From NCBI GenBank assembly GCA_021827645.1, contig JAKAVA010000055.1:23185-87184 (forward strand): a stretch of DNA of 64,000 nucleotides, given 5' to 3'. This document shows, piece by piece, positions 42,130-50,527 of the stretch; positions within the stretch are counted from its first letter, which is position 1; each line of letters begins with the position of its first letter. Made by a program: the position numbers and the translations under genes. The stretch comes from Planctomycetota bacterium. GTDB taxonomy: Bacteria; Planctomycetota; Phycisphaerae; WQYP01. Below the pieces are notes generated by a model. The model did not search any database. It saw nothing but the letters and a program-made list of their open reading frames with translations, and was not told where the DNA came from.

Positions 42130-43080
42130 ATGGCCAGAAAACCCTACAGCAAGATGCGATCGCAGTTGTGGAAATTCATCGAGATTAACCGCCAGTTGCG
42201 AGAACAAAAACGCACCGGGCGCCCATGCACAAAAGAAACCTTGCTTAAAGGACTCCGTTACGATGTCAACGAGCGAACCCTTCGCCGCACGCTTGAATTA
42301 ATGCGCGACGAACTCGGTGCTCCGATCGTCTACGACCGATTGCTGCAAACGTACAAATTGCAACATGACGATTGGCGTATGCCGAATATTTCCCTGGATG
42401 AGGCTGAACTGCAGGTGTTGGCGACCGCCATCCAAGCCGTCAGACCGGTTTTGCCCAAACCAATGTCCGAGCGTCTCGATAAGTTGCTGGCGAAATTGCT
42501 GGATGCCTTACCGCTTAGCCGTTGCGACGCCGTCCGACGGGCTCAAGGGCAGATTGAATTCGTTCCGGCCCCGATTCTATCCAAAGGTATGGAGTGGTTG
42601 GAACCGCTTTACCTGGCGATTCTTGATCGATATTCGGTGGATATGGTCTACCATGTGCCGAGCCGGGATGAGAATACCCGTCGCCGCTTTGATCCCTACT
42701 ACCTGCGCAACGTCCAAAGCATCTGGTATGTCGTCGGTTATGACCATTTCACCAGACATTGGCCGATCTTCAAACTGGCGCGGATTCGAGAATTAACGGT
42801 TTCTGAAGACTTATATACCGTCAAACCCTTCAGCGCCGCGAAATATTTCAAAAACAGTTTGGGCATTATGGTCGGCGGCAAGCCGCAGCACGTGCGTATC
42901 CGATTGACCGGCTATGCGGCGAGCACCGCGGAGGAGTATGTGTGGCCGGATGGCTTCACGTGCCGGCGCAACGGCCCCGGTGAGGTGATTCTTTCCGGTC
43001 AGATTGTTCATATGGCAGAGTTGCTGCAATGGACAGTGGCGTTTCAGGGGGATGCGGAAATCCTGCCGGAAGAGAAATAA
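42130..43080 (+). CDS. WYL-domain transcriptional regulator (N-terminal wHTH, WYL, C-terminal WCX-like region), BrxR/CapW-like
   Basis: N-terminal HTH (SKMRSQLWKFIEINRQLREQKRTGRPCTKETLLKGLRYDVNERTLRRTLELMRDELGAPI), central WYL-type beta region (RRRFDPYYLRNVQSIWYVVGYDHFTRHWPIFKLARIRELTV), C-terminal extension. ~316 aa, the typical size. Preceded by a ~430-bp AT-rich intergenic region. Confidence 0.75.
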   Translation: MARKPYSKMRSQLWKFIEINRQLREQKRTGRPCTKETLLKGLRYDVNERTLRRTLELMRDELGAPIVYDRLLQTYKLQHDDWRMPNISLDEAELQVLATAIQAVRPVLPKPMSERLDKLLAKLLDALPLSRCDAVRRAQGQIEFVPAPILSKGMEWLEPLYLAILDRYSVDMVYHVPSRDENTRRRFDPYYLRNVQSIWYVVGYDHFTRHWPIFKLARIRELTVSEDLYTVKPFSAAKYFKNSLGIMVGGKPQHVRIRLTGYAASTAEEYVWPDGFTCRRNGPGEVILSGQIVHMAELLQWTVAFQGDAEILPEEK

Positions 43081-43270
43081 TCTACCATCGACCCTCCGTT
43101 GCCCCTTTGCCCATGTTTATGCAAAGGTCAAAGGTCGAAGAGCCGTGGCCGGCCAAACCCGTAGGACAACATCTGTCCGTGGCATGTGGTATGACATATG
43201 CGTTAACTATTTGGCGTAGCCGGAGGCTTTCCCTCCCGTAATTGGCCTGCATGCGGAAAGGAGCTTAATC

Positions 43271-45601
43271 ATGAATGACCAGACCCAATCCACGGTCGCC
43301 GCACATCAATTCCCCTCTGTCGTCATCTGCAGTGAAGACGCCGCACCCTCCATGAGCTTTACCCAAGTTCGCGAAAACCCTTACCTCTGCGTCAAAACGC
43401 TCAAGTTTTTAGAGACATTTCTGCAGTCGGAAAAAGGCATCTTGGAAGATAATGACTTTTTTCATTTTATAGTTCACATCCTCGGCAAGCACAACACCCT
43501 TGATATGGGACGGCAATATTGTTCATTTGATGGGCTGCGCAGCATCACCAAAAGCATGCTGGAGGAATCAAATGAAGACGTAGCATCTCATGTGCTCGCG
43601 GATCTCTGGAGCCATCCCCGCACTCATGCGGCCATTAAGAAGGCCCTCCTTGCCGCCCTGGCCGAACAGAGTGAACATTGGAACAGGATCGCGGCAGAAA
43701 CAAAGGATCAAGACGTCATACGACATCGCTTCGAAGAGTTGTCGCGTCTCCTCGGGCTTACGGATGTCGAATTGGATATGCTGCTCCTCGCCTATGTCCG
43801 CTACGCGGATATCTGGGACTGGTGCTCCCTTGGGCGCACGCGCCCCGTCCGCAGGGCGTTTCAGCGAATTTGCGTCATCGCACGAATTCTCAGCCTTCCG
43901 CAGGCGGTGGCCGCAAAATATCTCCTGGAAAACGCCAAGCTCCGTTCGCTCGGGTGTCTTGATTCCGACCTTGACTTCCGATCTGAATTGGAGCCTTTCC
44001 TGATCGGCCTCTCAGAGGATCCGCTGGCGTCGAAATATTTTGTCCGCTGCAACGAGCCAGCCCTGCCGTGGTCGATGCACGGCACCCTTGCCGATCAGCA
44101 CGGCGAATGGCTCAAACGGCTCATTTGCAACCGTGATCCGAATCGCGGATTGAATATTCTGCTTTACGGCGTCCCCGGTACCGGCAAAACATCCTTTGCT
44201 CTCTCGCTGGCTGCCGAACTTGGCTATGAAATGTATCGTATTCGCGGGGCGGAGGAATTTGACAGCGATCCGATCAACTTCTGGCCCCGCTTCGCCGCGC
44301 TGCGTATCTGCGATGGTCAGGCGAATCGTGACCGCAGCCTGATCCTGATTGATGAGGCCGATGATATGCTTGATAGCGCCGGGGTCCCGTTGGGGGAGGT
44401 TAGCGCAGGTGTGACTGACGGGCGAACCGACAAAAAAGAAACACTTAATATCATCTTGGATCAACTCAGGACGCCGTGTATCTGGATCACCAACAATCAA
44501 CCGCATCATCTGGCGTCCTCGTCGCGCCGCCGGTTTGATTACTCCATTGAATTTACGCCCCTCCCGCAGCAGAAACGTCAACAAGTGTGGAAAAATCTGC
44601 GTCTGCGGTATGGACTGGCGGAAGTCATCAATGACGAAATGGTTGAGAGCCTTGCGCGACGATTCTCCATCAGCGCCGGTGGAATCGATCTGGCACTTCG
44701 CAATTTCGGCCGATTGGCACACGATCCGGCAGTTGCGGCCACCGCCATGGAATCCCTTGAGCACTTACTTCGACCGCATTGCGAACTAATGGGTATTGAC
44801 CTCGATGGCGATGCACCAACATCGATAGAATATTACTCGCTTTCCGGCCTCAATATCCGTGGACCGATTGGGCCGCAGCGTCTCTTGCAGGCAGCACGAG
44901 AGTTCCATCTGCGGCACGAGCATCGGGGGCCAACTGATAGGCGTATTCCCGGTTGTGCGCATCTGGCGGTGCTTCTCTCCGGGCCGCCGGGAACAGGCAA
45001 AACCGAATTCGTTAAATTTCTCTCCCGCGACTTGGATTGTGCTGTCCGCACCATCATGCCCGGCGATCTGCTGAGCCGATATGTCGGCGGTACGGAGCAG
45101 AACATCCGGCGGGTATTTCGAGCCGCTGCGGCTGATAAAGCCATTCTCTTTCTCGATGAAGCCGATGGCCTGTTTCGATCCCGTTCCCTTTCAGACCGAA
45201 GCTGGGAAGTGACGCAGGTTAACGAATTGCTGTCTGCCATGGATCAATTTGCAGGCATACTGGTTTGTGCTACCAATTCAGTCCAAATGCTCGATGCCGC
45301 GACCATTCGCCGCTTCACCTTTAAGCTGGAATTTGATTATCTGGATGCGGCCGGAAAGAGGGAATTTTATCAGCGCTTGCTGGTGGAACTGTGCCAGGAG
45401 CCATTGGATGGCAATCAGCAGCGCCGCCTGAATCAGATTGCCGATCTGGCGCCCGGCGATTTTTACACCGTGCGACAGGCGATGTCCTATCTGGGCGAGG
45501 GTCACAACTTCACTCACGACGATCTGCTCGCTGCTTTGGAAGCAGAAAGTCGTGCCAAACGCTTCGGCAAATCGGGCAATTTCGGTTTCGGACGGGGGTG
45601 A
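43271..45601 (+). CDS. Tandem AAA+ ATPase with ~290-aa N-terminal domain of unknown function
   Basis: Two classical AAA modules. Module 1: Walker A GVPGTGKTS, Walker B LILIDEADDM, sensor ITNN, Arg finger SSRRRFDYSIEF. Module 2: Walker A GPPGTGKTE, Walker B ILFLDEADGLF, sensor ATNS, ATIRRFTFKLEF. The RRF-type second region of homology resembles Vps4/spastin-clade AAA. The N-terminal domain is not recognisable. Confidence 0.75.
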   Translation: MNDQTQSTVAAHQFPSVVICSEDAAPSMSFTQVRENPYLCVKTLKFLETFLQSEKGILEDNDFFHFIVHILGKHNTLDMGRQYCSFDGLRSITKSMLEESNEDVASHVLADLWSHPRTHAAIKKALLAALAEQSEHWNRIAAETKDQDVIRHRFEELSRLLGLTDVELDMLLLAYVRYADIWDWCSLGRTRPVRRAFQRICVIARILSLPQAVAAKYLLENAKLRSLGCLDSDLDFRSELEPFLIGLSEDPLASKYFVRCNEPALPWSMHGTLADQHGEWLKRLICNRDPNRGLNILLYGVPGTGKTSFALSLAAELGYEMYRIRGAEEFDSDPINFWPRFAALRICDGQANRDRSLILIDEADDMLDSAGVPLGEVSAGVTDGRTDKKETLNIILDQLRTPCIWITNNQPHHLASSSRRRFDYSIEFTPLPQQKRQQVWKNLRLRYGLAEVINDEMVESLARRFSISAGGIDLALRNFGRLAHDPAVAATAMESLEHLLRPHCELMGIDLDGDAPTSIEYYSLSGLNIRGPIGPQRLLQAAREFHLRHEHRGPTDRRIPGCAHLAVLLSGPPGTGKTEFVKFLSRDLDCAVRTIMPGDLLSRYVGGTEQNIRRVFRAAAADKAILFLDEADGLFRSRSLSDRSWEVTQVNELLSAMDQFAGILVCATNSVQMLDAATIRRFTFKLEFDYLDAAGKREFYQRLLVELCQEPLDGNQQRRLNQIADLAPGDFYTVRQAMSYLGEGHNFTHDDLLAALEAESRAKRFGKSGNFGFGRG

Positions 45602-46177
45602 ATGGTGAATTTTATAGCTATTGATTTTGAAACCGCCAACCGATCTGACGAAAGCATCTGTGCCGCAGGTATGGCGATATTTACCCATGGTAGGCTTTTG
45701 GACGTGCGGCATTGGCTGATCCGACCGCCAAGGGGTTTTGATCGGTTCCGTTCGGATTGGACGGAAAGCCTCCATGGCATCGGGCACGCCGATGTGCAGA
45801 ACTCACCCTATTTCCCGGGTATCGCTGAACTATTATTTCCTCAGCTGGCCTCGGCCGATGTGGTCATTGCGCATAACGCCGCTTTCGATCTGCGAAAACT
45901 TCTGGCTACAGCCCGATGTTTCAACTTGGTCGTTCCACAGTTTGATTGCTTGTGCACGCTGGCACTGGCTCGCCGGGTTTGGCCTGATTTAGAAGGTCAT
46001 TCTCTCGACGTGCTCTGCGCCCACATCGGCCATCGGGGCCATCATCATCATGCCGGTGCAGATGCCGAGGCCGCGGGGCGTTTACTACTGGCGATGATGG
46101 CCACTACCAACACCGCGACGCCGCGTGCCTTGGCCAAAAAGCTCGGAATCCAGCCGCGCCCCGTGCCGGGCCGGTAA
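45602..46177 (+). CDS. DEDDh 3'-5' exonuclease (DnaQ/RNase T-like)
   Basis: Exo I (IAIDFETAN), Exo II (VVIAHNAAFDLRKL), Exo III with a His-rich run (HRGHHHHAGADAEAAG). Start ATG overlaps the stop of the AAA+ gene (TGAATG), suggesting translational coupling. Confidence 0.75.
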   Translation: MVNFIAIDFETANRSDESICAAGMAIFTHGRLLDVRHWLIRPPRGFDRFRSDWTESLHGIGHADVQNSPYFPGIAELLFPQLASADVVIAHNAAFDLRKLLATARCFNLVVPQFDCLCTLALARRVWPDLEGHSLDVLCAHIGHRGHHHHAGADAEAAGRLLLAMMATTNTATPRALAKKLGIQPRPVPGR

Positions 46178-46658
46178 TCGGCTGGGCGTGCCCATTGCCC
46201 ATTTTCTGCATAAAGCCGCGACCGGCGGCCGAACCGCTTTGTTTTCTGGCGTGGCCCCACCATTTGCCGGCCACGCTGCGTGTTGGCTGGGCCACGGATG
46301 GTGAACGCGGCCTTCTGCGCGATCACACTTCCGTCATCTCCGGGCAGGTAAAACGCATAGGACAATATCTGTCCGCATCATCGGGTAACTTTATCCGTGT
46401 TGAGCGTCCGGGCCGGCCGGGCGGATGGCATTTTAATGGAAGGGGAAATCATGAAGCCGTTGCTTGAAACCACACCGGCGCTGCTGGGCATGTCCGTATC
46501 AGGGGCGGTGGCCTGCGCGGGCAGCCCCGCCGATTATTATCCTTACCACGCACGGGAATGAGATTATTATTGACGAGTGATAGCCGCCGGTACCGGCCAG
46601 GTACCACGGATGTTTTGGTTGTTTTGTGGTTCGAATTCGCTAATAAGGGGGTATTATC

Positions 46659-47783
46659 ATGGCCAACATGGATGATCGTTACTTTGACTACTACGGCAAG
46701 TTGGTCGAGGCGTTTGTCCGCGACGTTGAGTCGCTGCAGCATCCGGACGTCGACAAGATGCCTTATCCGCATCTGCCGCTATTCGGGGGTGGCTATGAAC
46801 AGTCCGCCCTCAAACTGGTGATAGTTGGACAGGATACGAAGGGATGGGGCGACCTGAAAAAGTACCTGGCGGACGCCAAGGGCGACCCCGGCGCCGCACT
46901 CCGGTCTGATCTGGAGGAGTTCCGCCGGCATGAGTTCACCAAATGGGGATCGCACCGCCACACCTTCTGGGGTTTCGCCATTATGGCGCTTGCGGCGATC
47001 CATGGCCAGCCCAATTGGGGGGTGATGAAAAATGGTGGCCTGAAGGAAGTCTTGGATAGCTTCGCGTGGGCCGAGGCCAACGCGGTCGAGCTTTTTAAGG
47101 GGGAATGGAAGGGTGTGCCGCGTGATTACTGGGAGAAGGTGCAGGCCGCCGGGAAACGTTTCGACGGTATCCACCATCTGGTCGAGGTGCTCAAACCCAA
47201 TGTGGTCATCGTTTTGTATTGGGGGCTCAAGAAAGAAGACTACTTCCATGGCTACGATCGCGAGGACGTGAGCCAGAACGGTCGATTTACGCACTTCAGG
47301 CTGCCGACAGCTAAACTCGACGTCCTGCATATGCCGCATCCAAGGAGCATGGGCCCTAGAGAAAAGGCGGATTTCTTCTGCAAGGCGGCCAAATCCCTTA
47401 TGGACGACCTTGGTTTCGCGAAGAACTTTCCGGAGTTCGTGAACGGTACCCAGGAGGCTGCCCAAACCGTCGAGTTTCTGACCAAAAACGCTCCGGAAAT
47501 CTCTGGTGAGTTTGACAAATACGCGCTGGTCGCTTGGATTGCCACGGAGCTTGCCAAGCGCCAGGCGTTTATGTCGGTGCCTACACTCGCAAGCATTATT
47601 AACGCGAAGGGGGGACGCACCAACGGCGGCGAACGCTTCTCCGGCGGCCGCGGCACCTACCGGCTCGTCAGTGGTTCCTACCAACGCTACGATAAACAGG
47701 GCAAGGGCAAAATTGCGGAATCCATAGCGGAGGCCTTTCGTAGGCCAAATTTCGATTACGCCTACCCCCGTGGAGCAAGCTGA
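46659..47783 (+). CDS. Hypothetical protein with motifs resembling the uracil-DNA glycosylase superfamily
   Basis: LKLVIVGQDTKGW resembles UDG motif A (GQDPY, water-activating Asp). NVVIVLYWGLKK ... LDVLHMPHPRS resembles the LLWG strand and HPSPLS motif B of family-1 UDG, with similar spacing. Weak, memory-based similarity. Own AT-rich upstream region. Confidence 0.3.
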   Translation: MANMDDRYFDYYGKLVEAFVRDVESLQHPDVDKMPYPHLPLFGGGYEQSALKLVIVGQDTKGWGDLKKYLADAKGDPGAALRSDLEEFRRHEFTKWGSHRHTFWGFAIMALAAIHGQPNWGVMKNGGLKEVLDSFAWAEANAVELFKGEWKGVPRDYWEKVQAAGKRFDGIHHLVEVLKPNVVIVLYWGLKKEDYFHGYDREDVSQNGRFTHFRLPTAKLDVLHMPHPRSMGPREKADFFCKAAKSLMDDLGFAKNFPEFVNGTQEAAQTVEFLTKNAPEISGEFDKYALVAWIATELAKRQAFMSVPTLASIINAKGGRTNGGERFSGGRGTYRLVSGSYQRYDKQGKGKIAESIAEAFRRPNFDYAYPRGAS

Positions 47784-48042
47784 GCCACGCCCGGTTTATC
47801 GGCCACCCTGTTGGGCCGGTGCTCACCGCTTCGCGTTACCGTCTGCGATTCAATCCTGCCAAGATGGCACGGCCGGTGGCCGTGCCATCCTTTTCCCCGC
47901 GGCGCTTGGCCGGGCGGCCTCAACACTTCCGGCACCGACTGCGCACCACGCCGCCCGCCCCCAACGCCAACGGTCTATATGCTTTCCGGGAAAAATGCTA
48001 AGATGCTCCGAACCGCGATGGCGGTTTGTGAAGGGGTGATAT

Positions 48043-48918
48043 TTGCCGGGCCGACCATTGCACGATTTCCATATCGACGCACCGATAGCCGTCTACGATT
48101 CCGGTCTTGGAGGGCTCACCGTTGTGCGGGCGATCCAGCGCCTTCTTCCCGGCGAATCGATCGCTTATTTCGGCGATACGGCCCGCGTTCCCTACGGAAA
48201 CAAATCCGCTCGCACCGTCGCACAATTTGCATCCCAATGTCTGCGGTTCCTGACGCGGCTGAATCCGAAGATTATCGTAGTGGCGTGTAATACCGTAAGT
48301 GCGACCGCGATGCCCGAACTGCTGGCAGAATTCAGTACCCCGATCATCGGCGTGCTGGAACCCGGCGCCGCGGCCGCCATTCGCATCACCCGGCAGAAGA
48401 TTCCCCACGGGAAGTGTGCGGTGGGGTTAATAGCCACTGAGGCGACGGTAGCAAGCCGGGCCTATCAGATGGCCATCAGTCGGCTGGATGATGGCGTGCA
48501 CGTTGCGGCTCGCGCCTGCCCGCTGCTGGTGCCGCTGATTGAGGAAGGGCGGGAGGCGGATTCGCCGTTGGTGAAATTGGTACTTGATGAATATCTCGAT
48601 CCGCTGCGGCAGATTGCCCCGGCAGCGCTGATTCTCGGTTGTACGCATTACCCGATCTTGGCCGATGCGGTTGCGGCGGCAGTGAGTCCCGATACGATTC
48701 TGATCGATTCAGCCGGTGAAACGGCCGCGGTGGTGCGAAAGCAATTGGAATCCATGGGTTTGCTGCGAAGCGGCACCGTGGCCAGGCTTTCCTGCTACGT
48801 GACCGATCAGGGGCAGCGATTCGAAACCATTGCATCAAGATTTCTGGGCCGGCCGGTCGGCCAGCCGGTTTGGGTTGATCCGGAAAGTATTGAAACGCTC
48901 ACAACGGAAAACAGATGA
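48043..48918 (+). CDS. murI: Glutamate racemase
   Basis: IAVYDSGLGGLTVV, catalytic Cys motifs IIVVACNTVSA and LILGCTHYPIL. Confidence 0.85.
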   Translation: MPGRPLHDFHIDAPIAVYDSGLGGLTVVRAIQRLLPGESIAYFGDTARVPYGNKSARTVAQFASQCLRFLTRLNPKIIVVACNTVSATAMPELLAEFSTPIIGVLEPGAAAAIRITRQKIPHGKCAVGLIATEATVASRAYQMAISRLDDGVHVAARACPLLVPLIEEGREADSPLVKLVLDEYLDPLRQIAPAALILGCTHYPILADAVAAAVSPDTILIDSAGETAAVVRKQLESMGLLRSGTVARLSCYVTDQGQRFETIASRFLGRPVGQPVWVDPESIETLTTENR

Positions 48919-49622
48919 TTCAAAGATGTCGAAATAGAATACCCCGCATCGGTGCGATGAAATGGGTGGCGGCAGCAGCCATATGCAGTCTGCTGGCAGG
49001 GTGCTCGTCGGGCCCCAGCACACCGCACGATTTCAATGTGTTTATGAACGGCCTTTTGCGGCGCTTATCCGGCGGCCATGGAAGTCAGAAGACGCCGCTC
49101 AAAGAAGCCGCCCGCATGTTCGATAACGCCACGCCCGATCTTCAGCGGGAAGCGATCGCGTGGCTTGCCAAGCAGCCTTATGGCCATGACCCGGCGTATC
49201 TGAAGGCGTATCAGATCGCGGCGCAGGCGCCCTCGCCGTTGGTGCGCGGGCAGGCGATGATGGCCATCGGCACTTCGCATGATCCCGAGCTGGCGCCCAC
49301 CTTGGCCACGGGATTGGCGGACCCGTCGGTGTTTGTACGAATGAGCGCGGCGATTGCCGCCGCGGAAGTCAACAACCCGATTTTAATCGGCCCGCTGATT
49401 AAAGACCTGCAATCCAAGTCCAATTCCCAAGTGCGTATTGATGCGGCACTGGCGCTGACCCCTTACAACACCTATCGCGTGCATCGCGCGCTGATTTACG
49501 TACTGGATGATGCAAATGTCGGTGTGGCCCAGACGGCATGGAATGTGCTGCAAAAACAGACCGGTCAGAAATTGCCGATGCGAACCGGGCCATGGCTTAA
49601 ATGGCTCCATCACTCGCGTTGA
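48915..49622 (+). CDS. HEAT-repeat lipoprotein
   Basis: ATGA overlap with murI stop. Signal peptide plus lipobox at residues 15-30 (MKWVAAAAICSLLAGC; alternative start 48957). Four or five HEAT-like repeats (VRGQAMMAIG...VFVRMSAAIAAAEV...). Confidence 0.5.
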   Translation: MIQRCRNRIPRIGAMKWVAAAAICSLLAGCSSGPSTPHDFNVFMNGLLRRLSGGHGSQKTPLKEAARMFDNATPDLQREAIAWLAKQPYGHDPAYLKAYQIAAQAPSPLVRGQAMMAIGTSHDPELAPTLATGLADPSVFVRMSAAIAAAEVNNPILIGPLIKDLQSKSNSQVRIDAALALTPYNTYRVHRALIYVLDDANVGVAQTAWNVLQKQTGQKLPMRTGPWLKWLHHSR

Positions 49623-49702
49623 TTCGTGACGGCGGCCGGCGCGAAAATGATCGCCTTAATCGTCCCCCAGATTCTGTAATCCACGGCCGTGCTGCGCATC
49701 TG

Positions 49703-50491
49703 TCACCGATTCTCAATCCGACCGAGTAAACGCAGCAGACCGTCGAGAATGGTGAGCGGATGCGGTGGGCAGCCGGGAATGTAAAGGTCCACCGGTAATA
49801 AATCTCCAATGCCATTATGTGTTTCCGGATGATCCACATACGGCCCGCCTGAGCAGGCGCAGGCACCTACGGCAACGACTATTTTCGGTGAAGGCGTGGC
49901 GTGATAGGCCGAAAGCAGTGCGTCCTTCATATTTGCGGTGACCGGGCCGGTAACGATTAAACCGTCCGCATGCCGCGGTGAGGCGACAAACGAAATCCCA
50001 AAGCGTGATAAATCCCAGCCGATGGTGGTAAGCACATTCAGATCGGATTCACATCCGTTGCACCCACCGGCAGAAACCTGTCTCAGGTGCAGGCTTCGGC
50101 CGAAAATCTTCCGCGTTTTTTCGTTCAGCGCGGCTGCAAGTCTTATTTCGTCCCCGTTGTTAATCGTCAGATCAATCTCACTGCGCACGGCAAGGCGATA
50201 ATCCTGCGCATGACGGATTGCGCCATGTGGGCAGGCATCGGCACAATCGGTACAGAAAAGGCATCGGCCGAGATTGACGCGGATACGTCCGGCTTCAATC
50301 TGGATCGCGTCAGTGGGGCAGGCACGCACGCATTCTTCGCACCCCTCCGGGCACCGGGCCGTGTCGATTATGGGGCGTCCACGGAATCGGCCCGGCAATT
50401 CGGGCGGCGGCCCGTCGGGAAATGCCATCGTGCGATACCCCTGCTCCAATCGAGTTTTAAGCTGTTCGAGCATCTGCATCTCCGAAATCAT
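49703..50491 (-). CDS. Fusion of 2x[4Fe-4S] ferredoxin (HycF/NuoI-like) and NuoB/HycG-like small subunit
   Basis: N-terminal two CxxCxxCxxxCP motifs (CPEGCEECVRACP; CLFCTDCADACP). C-terminal NuoB-type cluster ligands (GGCNGCESD, GACACSGGPY, IPGCPPHP). Confidence 0.8.
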   Translation of the reverse strand: MISEMQMLEQLKTRLEQGYRTMAFPDGPPPELPGRFRGRPIIDTARCPEGCEECVRACPTDAIQIEAGRIRVNLGRCLFCTDCADACPHGAIRHAQDYRLAVRSEIDLTINNGDEIRLAAALNEKTRKIFGRSLHLRQVSAGGCNGCESDLNVLTTIGWDLSRFGISFVASPRHADGLIVTGPVTANMKDALLSAYHATPSPKIVVAVGACACSGGPYVDHPETHNGIGDLLPVDLYIPGCPPHPLTILDGLLRLLGRIENR

Positions 50492-50527
50492 ATTTTCGCG
50501 AGCGGTGGCTGACGGATAACGGACGAA

